A stretch of 64,000 bases of DNA from Candidatus Undinarchaeota archaeon (GTDB taxonomy: Archaea > Undinarchaeota > Undinarchaeia > Undinarchaeales > JALTGF01): assembly GCA_964574035.1 (NCBI GenBank), contig CAZNLD010000001.1:16220-80219 (forward strand). The letters run 5' to 3'. A program made the position numbers and the translations under genes. Below, one piece after another: positions 56,168 through 64,000 of this stretch (positions are counted from its first letter, which is position 1; each line of letters opens with the position of its first letter). The notes under the pieces were generated by a model. That model was not told the DNA's origin and searched no databases. It was given only the letters and a program-made list of their open reading frames with translations.

Positions 56168-56222
56168 TTCAGCGAAAGTGTATTTAATAAGCTTGCAGAT
56201 AAAATTAAAGATACATAAATTT

Positions 56223-56295
56223 AGCCCCGTAGTGTAGCGGTCAAGCATAGCAGGCCCTGGACCTGCTGACAGCAGTTCGAATCTGCTCGGGGCTA
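56223..56295 (+). tRNA. tRNA, most likely tRNA-Gln (anticodon CUG). It has an A1-U72 pair and discriminator A. The anticodon loop CCCTGGA has C at position 33.
   Basis: Acceptor AGCCCCG/CGGGGCT. Anticodon stem GCAGG/CCTGC. T-arm AGCAG-TTCGAAT-CTGCT. The numbering fits the canonical 73 nt. Confidence 0.5.
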
Positions 56296-56400
56296 CTAAA
56301 AAATGGTAGATGGTAAATAGTAGATCGTAAATGGTAAAGATCACCCAGCAGCTGCCGGCTACGCATAGAATCATTAACTATTAACTATAAACGATTAACC
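56296..56400. repeat. Copy D of the dispersed repeat. The core is CCCAGCAGCTGCCGGCTACGCATAG (56345-56369), flanked by RATNGTA heptamers (56303-56340) and YATTAAC heptamers (56362-56399).
   Basis: The core matches copy A (reverse complement) at 20 of 22 positions (CCAGCAGCTGCCGaCTAtGCAT versus CCAGCAGCTGCCGgCTAcGCAT). Confidence 0.6.
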
Positions 56401-57060
56401 ATGAAAAAATACATCGGATTTGACCTGGACGGAACATTAGCAACGCTCGATTTTGACGAAAGAATTTGGCTGGAAGAAATTCCTAAACTGTATGCTGAAA
56501 AAAATAATTTGGAATTGAAAGAAGCAAAAGACAAACTGTATGCAACTTATTTTAGGTCCTGGATGATTGAAAAAGTAAAGGACTGGACTGACATTGAATA
56601 CTGGTTTGACCGGCTTGACCTAGAAAACTGGCAGAAATTAATTGAAGATATGAAAGATGAAATTTATTTGTATGAAGATGCAGTTCCTGCTCTTGAAAAA
56701 CTGAAAAAGGACTATAAATTAATTGTAATTACAAATTCAAACAGAAAATTCCTAAACATAAAAATAGAAAGTGAAGGATTAAAAGAATATTTTGAAAAAA
56801 TTTATTCAGTAAATTCAGACTTAGGTTTCGGAAAAAAAGAACCAGCGGTATATCAAAAAATCTGCAATGAGCTAAAAATAAAACCAACGGAGATGGCACA
56901 TATAGGAGACGACTACATAAGAGACTACATGATTCCTCGCTCAATTGGAATAGATTCATATTATCTAGACAGAAGAGATGCATCAGGACACGAAGAAAAT
57001 AAAGTTACTAATTTAAAAGAATTTGTTAAAAAAATAAAAGAAAATGAAAGAAGAAATTGA
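56401..57060 (+). CDS. HAD-superfamily hydrolase.
   Basis: Motif I FDLDGTL, motif II VITNS and a DD motif near the C-terminus. Confidence 0.7.
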   Translation: MKKYIGFDLDGTLATLDFDERIWLEEIPKLYAEKNNLELKEAKDKLYATYFRSWMIEKVKDWTDIEYWFDRLDLENWQKLIEDMKDEIYLYEDAVPALEKLKKDYKLIVITNSNRKFLNIKIESEGLKEYFEKIYSVNSDLGFGKKEPAVYQKICNELKIKPTEMAHIGDDYIRDYMIPRSIGIDSYYLDRRDASGHEENKVTNLKEFVKKIKENERRN

Positions 57061-58147
57061 AGCACTCTGGAATAAATTTAATTTAAATGAAAAGGTCAGG
57101 AAGCACCTGACTGCAGTCCATGGAAAGGCTATTTCAATTGCAGAGAAGCTGAAAAGAGATGGAATTCAAGTTAATATTGATTTAGTTGAAAAGGGCTCCC
57201 TACTCCACGATATTGGAAGAAGTAAAGAGCATACAATTAATCACGGAATAATTGGATATAAACTTCTAAAAGAAGAAGGTTTTTCTGAAGAAATTTGTAA
57301 AATTGCAAAAAATCATGTCGGAGCAGGAATTGATAAAGAAGAGGCAGTTAAATTGGGACTGCCTGCTGAAGACTTTATTCCGGAAAACCTTGAAGAAAAA
57401 ATTGTCAGCTATGCAGACAACCTTGCTGCAGGCGATAAAATAAGAACCTTTGAAGAAACTCTTAACATTTGGGAGGAGAAATTCGGACCAGATTCAAAAC
57501 AAGTTGAGCTTTTCAAACTGGAACATTCCGAACTTATGGAATATATTACAGCAGAAGAAATGGAGAAACTTGATAAAAATGCTGTTAAAAAAGGTATCTC
57601 TGTTTCAGAATTAATGGAGAATGCCGGAAGAGAAACAGCGGGATTAGTTGAAGAGAACTTTGAAATGGTCGGAAGAAAAATATACATTTTTGCAGGAGCC
57701 GGGAACAACGGCGGGGATGGGCTGGCTGCAGCATATTATCTTAAAAAAGGGGGATTTGATGTTCAGGTTCTTTTATTTGGAAAACCAAAAGGAAAAGAAA
57801 GTATGGAAAAACTCAACAAATCTTCAAAGGCAGGAGTTCCTATCTCAAAAGTAGAAAATCCAGAAGAATTTTCAGGAATTTCAGGAGATATAGCAGTTGA
57901 TGCTCTCTTGGGAACTGGTATTGAGGGGAAAATAAAGGAACCAATTGCTTCCGGGATTAAAAAAATAAATGAATTTAAAAATGTTGCATCAATTGACATT
58001 CCAAGCGGAATTCATCCGGATACGGGAAAGGAATCGAATTCTTCAGTTAAACCCAATTTAGTTATTACATTTCATAAATTTAAGAAGGGCTTGGTTGGAA
58101 AATATGAGCTGGGCCTTGTAAATGTGGCCGACATTGGGATAAAATAA
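57044..58147 (+). CDS. Fusion of an N-terminal HD-domain phosphohydrolase with a C-terminal YjeF-N (NAD(P)H-hydrate epimerase-like) domain.
   Basis: HD motif LLHDIGR...NH. YjeF-N motif FAGAGNNGGDGLAAAYYL. Confidence 0.6.
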   Translation: MKEEIEALWNKFNLNEKVRKHLTAVHGKAISIAEKLKRDGIQVNIDLVEKGSLLHDIGRSKEHTINHGIIGYKLLKEEGFSEEICKIAKNHVGAGIDKEEAVKLGLPAEDFIPENLEEKIVSYADNLAAGDKIRTFEETLNIWEEKFGPDSKQVELFKLEHSELMEYITAEEMEKLDKNAVKKGISVSELMENAGRETAGLVEENFEMVGRKIYIFAGAGNNGGDGLAAAYYLKKGGFDVQVLLFGKPKGKESMEKLNKSSKAGVPISKVENPEEFSGISGDIAVDALLGTGIEGKIKEPIASGIKKINEFKNVASIDIPSGIHPDTGKESNSSVKPNLVITFHKFKKGLVGKYELGLVNVADIGIK

Positions 58148-58849
58148 TTATTTGGCTTTTTCTTCTTTTTCTTTTGGAATGACAAACAGCTCTTCAAAAA
58201 ATTTTTTCTGTTCTAAATCAATTTTTCTGTTGTTTGCTAAATGGAGTAAAGGAAGCAAGGTGTCAATTACTTCTCCTCTGCTTCTGTTTTTTATCAGTTT
58301 TGAAAAAGCAATTTTATCTAAGTGGGATTTAAGAATTTTAGCATAAATTTCATCTATTTTTTTAGAAATATCAATTTCCTCCAGTTTTAACTCAAATTCT
58401 TCCGGTTCATACTCCGGCGGCTTTTCTTCTTTCTTTTCTAACGCCTTCTGCAAGTTTGTAACTAAATCGCCGAGAGTTACCTTTCTTACCGGCTTTCTTT
58501 TTACCCTTAAATCGAGCATTGAAGGCTCTTCACCTTCTTCATATTCTTCTTCAAGTTCTTCGTCATAGAAGAGTTCTTCAAACATTTCAGTATCTTCTTC
58601 AGTCATTACTAATTCATCAGACTGCATCTTTAAAAGAATAGCTGCTGCAAGAATTAATCTGGCAGGGATTCTTAAGTCCAGAGACTTCATTTTTTTTATT
58701 CTTTTTGTATAATTCTCAGTAAGTTTAGTTATATCAATGTCCCAGGGGTCCAATTCTTCGGATTCTACAATGTCAAGGAGAATATATTCCCATGCTCTTT
58801 CCGACTGCAAAACCTGTTCTATATTAACTTTCATTTTCTTTTTCTCCAA
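58148..58849 (-). CDS. scpA: Segregation and condensation protein A (kleisin ScpA).
   Basis: 233 aa. N-terminal ScpA domain (EYILLDIVESEELDPWDIDITKL). Immediately downstream of smc. Confidence 0.7.
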   Translation of the reverse strand: MEKKKMKVNIEQVLQSERAWEYILLDIVESEELDPWDIDITKLTENYTKRIKKMKSLDLRIPARLILAAAILLKMQSDELVMTEEDTEMFEELFYDEELEEEYEEGEEPSMLDLRVKRKPVRKVTLGDLVTNLQKALEKKEEKPPEYEPEEFELKLEEIDISKKIDEIYAKILKSHLDKIAFSKLIKNRSRGEVIDTLLPLLHLANNRKIDLEQKKFFEELFVIPKEKEEKAK

Positions 58850-61322
58850 CTACTGATTCAAAATCGGATAAATTCATGCCCACTACTTTTGACACCCCGC
58901 CGGGCCCCATTGACACTCCAAAGAGTGAATCAGCCTCCTTTACAACAGTATGATTATGACTTATTACTAACAACTGAGCTTCTTCTACACTTTCTTTTAA
59001 AAGTTCAACAAATCTCATTGAATTTTTCTGGTCTAATGCTGCATCTACTTCATCCAGCAGATAGAAAGGAGCCGGTTTAAATCTCTGCAAAGCAAATAGG
59101 AATGCAAGAGCAGTAATTACTTTTTCTCCTCCGCTTAATGCCTCCATACTTGAAACATTTTTTCCCCTGGGGCTTGCATTTATGAAAAGGCCTCCTGAAA
59201 GAGGATCTTCCTCGTCTTCAAGTACCAGCTCAGCGCTTCCATTTGGTGAAAGTCTAGGAAACAATTCAGAGAAATACTCTGAAACTGGATTAAAGACTGA
59301 ATAGAAAACATCTTTCTTTTTATTTTCAATTTCTTCAATAAATTCAATAACTGAATTTCTTTCTTCTTTAAGCTTGTCAAATTTTTCTTTGAATTCCGAA
59401 TATTCTTTCATTTCTTCCTCGTATAAATCAATAGCTTTCATGTTTACTGGCTCTAGAGAATGCAGTTTCTGTTTAACATTTTCAAGGCTCTTTTCCATCT
59501 TGTCAATGTCGCCTTTTTTGAAATCTTTATCCTTGAGATTGTCAATATTTATTTTGATATCAACAATTCTGGAATCAACTTTTGCTTTTTCAATTCTTAT
59601 ATCTCCAACCTTTCTTTGAAGTTCGTCATGCTTTGATTTTACTTTTTCTTTTGATTCTCTGAGTTTCTTGATCTCTTCCTGAATGTTATCCCTTTTCCCT
59701 TCTAAGCTTTCAAAATCAGCTCCAAGTTTCTGAGCTCTTTTCTTTTCTTCCCCCAGTTTTCTTTTGAGGTCTTCAATTTCAAGGTTCAACTCTTCAATTT
59801 CATCAAGAAGTTTGTCTCTTCTTTTAACCTGCTCATTAATTTCGCTCTTTTTGCTTGATTTTCTTTTTGTGTATCCTCCACGCATAGCTCCGCTTTTCTC
59901 TGCAATATCTCCATCTTTTGAAACCATTCGGAATTTTCCGATTAAACTTTTTACCTTTTTCAAATCTTCAACAATGTAAGTGTTTCCAAAAACATAGGAA
60001 AAAGCAGTTTCATACTTTTTGTCGTAGTCAACCAAACTGATTGCAAGACCGATAACTCCTTTTCCTCTCATTGGCTTCCTTTTTGGACCTTTAATTTTAT
60101 TCAACGGCAGAAAAGTTGCCCTTCCAAGTTTATTGCTTCTTAAAAATTTAATACATTTCAAAGCAGTGTCATCGTTGTCGACTACGATATATCTTTTTCT
60201 GGCTCCAAGAGCGGCATCAATTGCAGTTGAATACTTTGGATCTACTCTTACAAGCTCCCCGATTGAACCGTAAACTCCTTCAATATTATCTTTAAGTTTG
60301 CTTGATTTCTTCATGCCTTTTTCTCCAATCATATCCTGCATCTTGCTTATCATGGAGTCCAGGCTACTTATTTCAGATCTTTTTGACTCAATCTTGCTTT
60401 CATTAATAGAAATTCTGCCCTGAAGTCTTTCAACCTCATTTTTTGAAGCAAGCTGATCTCTTCCGCCTTCTTTAATTAATTTATCGTCAAGCTTGCTGAG
60501 CTCATTTTCCTTCTGTTCTACTTTCTTTTCTATTTCTTCAAGCTCTTTCTTTACATCTTTGCTCTTGTTTTCTTTTTTCTGGAGCCTTTCCTCAATTTCT
60601 TCCTGTTTTTCTTGTATGTCTTTATATTTTGTATATTCAAGATTTGCAGAAAGCTTCTTTTTCTTCTCTTCAAGTTCCTTGTATTTTTCAGCGTCTTCTT
60701 TTTCTGACTCAAGCACTTCAACACGCTTTTTTCTTTCGGACATTACAATTACGAGCTCTTTAATTCTGTCTTCAACAACTTTCAGGTCTTTCTCCCCCTT
60801 CGCTTTCTTGTCATCATATTCAGAAATACCGCTCATGTCGTCAATAATTTTTCTTCTTTCAATAGGGTCCATTTTTATGAAAGAAGTAATCTCTTCCTGA
60901 GGAACAATATTATGCCCGGTTGCAGTCAGCTGAGCGCTTTTTAAAAATTCAAGAAGTCTTGAAAGAGTACATCTTTCACCGTTCAGCTTGTATGTCATGG
61001 TTCCATTTCGAGTAAGCCTCCTGGTTATAGTAACTTCATCGGTATCAAAAGGATATTTTCTTTTTTTGTTGTCTAAAATAAGTGAAACTTCAAGATGTTT
61101 TGCCGGAGGCTTTCCATTTCCACCGTTATAAATTAAATGAGTAAGCACTTTTGCCCTCATTGTCTGGGCTGACGTCCGCCCTAAAACAAAAGAAATTGCA
61201 TCGCAGATATTTGATTTTCCGGAGCCGTTCGGCCCTACAATAGCCGTAAATCCTTCAGAAAGCGGAATAGAAACTTTCTTTCTAAATGACTTAAATCCTT
61301 CCATTTCAAGTCGTTTTATCAT
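58824..61322 (-). CDS. smc: SMC chromosome-segregation ATPase, compact (832 aa).
   Basis: Walker A GPNGSGKSN. Hinge domain. ABC signature LSGGEKVITALAFLFAL. Walker B LLDEVDAALD. Confidence 0.85.
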   Translation of the reverse strand: MIKRLEMEGFKSFRKKVSIPLSEGFTAIVGPNGSGKSNICDAISFVLGRTSAQTMRAKVLTHLIYNGGNGKPPAKHLEVSLILDNKKRKYPFDTDEVTITRRLTRNGTMTYKLNGERCTLSRLLEFLKSAQLTATGHNIVPQEEITSFIKMDPIERRKIIDDMSGISEYDDKKAKGEKDLKVVEDRIKELVIVMSERKKRVEVLESEKEDAEKYKELEEKKKKLSANLEYTKYKDIQEKQEEIEERLQKKENKSKDVKKELEEIEKKVEQKENELSKLDDKLIKEGGRDQLASKNEVERLQGRISINESKIESKRSEISSLDSMISKMQDMIGEKGMKKSSKLKDNIEGVYGSIGELVRVDPKYSTAIDAALGARKRYIVVDNDDTALKCIKFLRSNKLGRATFLPLNKIKGPKRKPMRGKGVIGLAISLVDYDKKYETAFSYVFGNTYIVEDLKKVKSLIGKFRMVSKDGDIAEKSGAMRGGYTKRKSSKKSEINEQVKRRDKLLDEIEELNLEIEDLKRKLGEEKKRAQKLGADFESLEGKRDNIQEEIKKLRESKEKVKSKHDELQRKVGDIRIEKAKVDSRIVDIKINIDNLKDKDFKKGDIDKMEKSLENVKQKLHSLEPVNMKAIDLYEEEMKEYSEFKEKFDKLKEERNSVIEFIEEIENKKKDVFYSVFNPVSEYFSELFPRLSPNGSAELVLEDEEDPLSGGLFINASPRGKNVSSMEALSGGEKVITALAFLFALQRFKPAPFYLLDEVDAALDQKNSMRFVELLKESVEEAQLLVISHNHTVVKEADSLFGVSMGPGGVSKVVGMNLSDFESVVGEKENES

Positions 61323-61384
61323 GGAATGACCCCTTTAACAGAATACGTATTATGATGGAGCCCCTTATTTAACTTTTTAGAAAA

Positions 61385-62578
61385 CTACTTGCCTAAGAGA
61401 GTCTTAACATGTCTTAAAAGGGATGGTTTTTTGGTGAGTATTTTTACAAGAGAGGAATATTTTTTGCCCATTGCAAGTTCAATTATTTTTTCGCCTTTCA
61501 GTTCTTTTGCTAAGAAATCAAGCTCTTTATCGCTTAAACTTTCAATGACTTTCCTTAAATTTACAAGCTTTTTCAATTTCTTTCCACCCTCTTCGAACCA
61601 TTCTTCTGAATAAGTTTTCAGGAAATCATTTGTAAAGTTTTCTGTTTTGACTGCTTCTGCGCCCTTTTTTCCCGCAATCTTTCCGGCGAGCATTGCTTCG
61701 CCTATTCCTCCGCCGTGAATTGCATTTACCTGATGAGCTGCGTCTCCTACAATCATAAAATTGTCCAGAGTTATTTCTTCCAGCGGACTGCCTACCGGAA
61801 CTGCCCCGCCGTTTACTTCAAGAACCGAGCCTTTTTTAAGACCCGACTTGCTTTTTACAAAATCTTTTAGATACTCCATTGCACACTTATCTTCTGTATC
61901 TCTAATTCCAATACCGACATTTGCCGTTTTCTCTCCTTTTGGGAAAACCCAAATGTATCCTCCTGGTGCAATTTCATTTCCCATGTAAAATTCAAGCATT
62001 CCTGAATCTTTGAAATCTATATTTGCCATTTCAAACTGATAACCGGAGCATGTTTCTTTTGGAAGATGCTGGGATTTGATTCCGGCCCACCTTGCAACCA
62101 TACTTTCAACTCCGTCCGCTGCAACCACAATATTTGATTTAATATCAAGAGCGTTGTTTTCCTGGTCAATTACTTTGACGCCTGTAATTTTTCCATTTTC
62201 TTTAATTAGGTCAATAACTGAACAACCTGCTCTGACTTCTGCTCCTGCTTCAGCTGCTTTTCTTGCAAGTATTTTATCGAACATTTTTCTTTCAATTGCA
62301 TAGCCCATTTTTTCAGGATACCTTGCTTCAACTTCCGTTCCTGACGGACTGTATACATAAGCACCGTTAATTTTGTTTAATGCCCAGCTTGGATCTGGTT
62401 TGATTTCACCTTTGTTCATTGCACTGACACTCAAACCTTCTCCGCACCTTTTTGGAGCTCCAATTTCTGGTCTTTTTTCTAAAACTAGAACATCGGCTCC
62501 GTTTTTTGCGGCAAACCTTCCGGTAGTAGAACCACCAGGCCCTGCTCCAACAACAATTATATCATATTCAGACTTCAT
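61385..62578 (-). CDS. Geranylgeranyl reductase (digeranylgeranylglycerophospholipid reductase).
   Basis: 397 aa. FAD-binding YDIIVVGAGPGGSTTGRFAAKNGADVLVLEKR. Confidence 0.85.
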   Translation of the reverse strand: MKSEYDIIVVGAGPGGSTTGRFAAKNGADVLVLEKRPEIGAPKRCGEGLSVSAMNKGEIKPDPSWALNKINGAYVYSPSGTEVEARYPEKMGYAIERKMFDKILARKAAEAGAEVRAGCSVIDLIKENGKITGVKVIDQENNALDIKSNIVVAADGVESMVARWAGIKSQHLPKETCSGYQFEMANIDFKDSGMLEFYMGNEIAPGGYIWVFPKGEKTANVGIGIRDTEDKCAMEYLKDFVKSKSGLKKGSVLEVNGGAVPVGSPLEEITLDNFMIVGDAAHQVNAIHGGGIGEAMLAGKIAGKKGAEAVKTENFTNDFLKTYSEEWFEEGGKKLKKLVNLRKVIESLSDKELDFLAKELKGEKIIELAMGKKYSSLVKILTKKPSLLRHVKTLLGK

Positions 62579-62769
62579 TTTTCTTTCTTTTCTTTATTTT
62601 TTAGATAAGGCGCCCTGACCGGACAAAATTTTACGCACTGACCGCACTCAATACACTTTTCTTTATCTACAAATATCTGACCGCCTTCGTATTTTAATGC
62701 ACCTACAGGGCAGATTCCAACACAGCCCGTGCATTTTATACATTTATTATGATCTATTTTTACAGCCAT
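62575..62769 (-). CDS. 2x[4Fe-4S] ferredoxin.
   Basis: 64 aa. CIKCTGCVGICP and CIECGQCVKFCP motifs. Coupled to the GGR gene. Confidence 0.8.
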   Translation of the reverse strand: MAVKIDHNKCIKCTGCVGICPVGALKYEGGQIFVDKEKCIECGQCVKFCPVRAPYLKNKEKKEK

Positions 62770-62820
62770 CTCTTTCCTTTTGATAAATTTAAAGAGTTTT
62801 AAATGTTTCTATGAGAAAAA

Positions 62821-64000
62821 TCATGGATGAAGTCTTTTCAAATCTCTCGGAAACAGAACTGCTTCCCTTATGTTTTCGACTCCTGCAATTGCCATTGTTA
62901 ACCGGTCAAGACCGATAGCCCAGCCGGCATGCGGTGGCATTCCTAATTTATAGAATTCAGCTGTATCTTTGAAATTGTCAGGGTTTAAACCTTTTTTCTT
63001 GACCATTTTCATATATAATTCAGGGTCATGGATTCTCCTTCCGCCGGATGCAATTTCTACTCCTTCATGTATTAAATCAAAACCATAACTTAATTTATCA
63101 TCCTTTGGATGAATGTAGTATGCTTTTAAATCCATGGGCCATTCATAAACAATGGTAGGTTTCCCATACATTTTAGTTATTTTTTCTTCTCCTTCCGGAG
63201 GAATATCATCTCCAAACTTTAAATCAAGTTTATCAATTACCTCTGAATAACTAACTTTTTTAAAAGGTGTTTTTAATTTGTCAAGTTTTCTTCCTAATGT
63301 TTTCAGTTCTGAACTGCAGTCCTTTCTTACTTTTTTATAAATATGCTCCAACGTTCCTTCTAAAATACTCCAAGTATCTTTCTCGTCTGAAAAACCCATT
63401 TCAATGTCCATCTGAACAATTTCAGCCAGGTGCTGTCTTGTATCAGACGGTTCTGCTCTGAAAACGGGCCCGATTTCGTATACTTTCTCAAAACAACTGG
63501 TCATTAGTTCCTTGTAAATCTGAGGACTTTGTCTCAGATACGCTTTTTCTTCAAAATAATCTACTGAAAATAAATCTGCGCCCCCTTCTGTTGCTGCTGC
63601 AATGATTTTAGGAGTTTCTATTTCAATAAATCCCTCTTTTTCTAAATATTCTCTGGCAGAAGTCAATATTTTATCCCTGATTTTGAAAACTGCAACATTT
63701 TTGGGCTTTCTTAAATCCAGAACTCTGGCATTTAATCTAGTATCAAGGTCCGCCGGTGTTTTTTCATCAACATCTAATGGAAGAGGAGTTTTTGATTTAT
63801 TTAAAATTTTCAAATCAGAAACTAAAACTTCAACGCCTCTCTTTGATTTATCTGTTTTCTGAATTTTTCCCTTAACTGCAATAACATCTTCCCTGTTTAA
63901 GTTCTCAGCTTTTTTAACCAGCTTGTCGTCTTTTATAATTAACTGAGCATCCCCGCCTCTGTCTGCAAGAATGATAAATGCAAGTTTGCCATGAAGCCTG
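62821..64000 (-). CDS. aspS: Aspartate--tRNA ligase, archaeal type. The 5' end (N-terminal OB domain) runs off the window edge.
   Basis: Class II motifs (GPVFRAE, GGRRIHD, GLDRL). The in-frame upstream translation (RLHGKLAFIILADRGG..., OB fold) continues to position 64000. Confidence 0.8.
   Translation of the reverse strand, partial: RLHGKLAFIILADRGGDAQLIIKDDKLVKKAENLNREDVIAVKGKIQKTDKSKRGVEVLVSDLKILNKSKTPLPLDVDEKTPADLDTRLNARVLDLRKPKNVAVFKIRDKILTSAREYLEKEGFIEIETPKIIAAATEGGADLFSVDYFEEKAYLRQSPQIYKELMTSCFEKVYEIGPVFRAEPSDTRQHLAEIVQMDIEMGFSDEKDTWSILEGTLEHIYKKVRKDCSSELKTLGRKLDKLKTPFKKVSYSEVIDKLDLKFGDDIPPEGEEKITKMYGKPTIVYEWPMDLKAYYIHPKDDKLSYGFDLIHEGVEIASGGRRIHDPELYMKMVKKKGLNPDNFKDTAEFYKLGMPPHAGWAIGLDRLTMAIAGVENIREAVLFPRDLKRLHP

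Noticed and set aside
13305-56399. Possibility that the short tandem repeats are a CRISPR array
   Set aside because: The units are 7 bp with no spacers. There is no 25-40-bp repeat/spacer periodicity and no cas genes in the window.
1-64000. Stop-codon reassignment (alternative genetic code) suggested by the stop-rich heptad arrays
   Set aside because: All recognisable proteins are full length under the standard code, and all three stop codons are seen terminating conserved genes. The density of TAA/TAG in spacers follows from AT-richness plus the heptad repeats.

Overview
This window is an AT-rich, gene-dense chromosomal segment of an archaeon. The gene content and compact proteins (for example an 832-aa SMC) suggest a small-genome DPANN-like lineage.

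Recognisable archaeal core genes include TBP, TFB, Gar1, the Nop5-fibrillarin pair, aIF1A, aIF2-beta, RpoK, MCM, topoisomerase VI A/B, a thermosome subunit, the SMC/ScpA pair and S17e. Aminoacyl-tRNA synthetases are present (argS partial at the start, thrS, aspS partial at the end). Ether-lipid genes are present (GGGP synthase, G1P dehydrogenase, geranylgeranyl reductase with a ferredoxin). Other coherent groups are a carbamate kinase / ornithine carbamoyltransferase / acetyl-CoA synthetase set, pyrF-pyrE with pyrH, and a SAM/MTA/adenine recycling cluster (ahcY-apt-mtnP-mtaB-trm1).

I found four tRNA genes. Two carry introns: tRNA-Arg(CCU) directly abutting argS, and tRNA-Asn(GUU) with an intron of about 50 nt.

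Accessory content includes a locus of two class-III-signal (type IV pilin-like) proteins next to a 1042-aa glycosylation-sequon-rich surface protein; an Mrr-like nuclease domain fused to a membrane protein; a thioredoxin-CcdA fusion beside a membrane-anchored winged-helix regulator; and a tRNA-proofreading cluster (thrS, an HExxH protein, dtdA, alaX).

The most unusual feature is non-coding. An imperfect palindromic core (consensus CCAGCAGCTGCCGRCTAYGCAT) recurs in at least three intergenic regions. It is embedded in degenerate tandem heptanucleotide arrays (TGTCNAT / ATNGACA, RATNGTA, YATTAAC, CYACNAC). Two copies lie in inverted orientation and bracket a 6.6-kb gene block. Similar heptad arrays occur in several other intergenic regions. 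I cannot match this to any described element family.

ORF-track coordinates include the stop codon.
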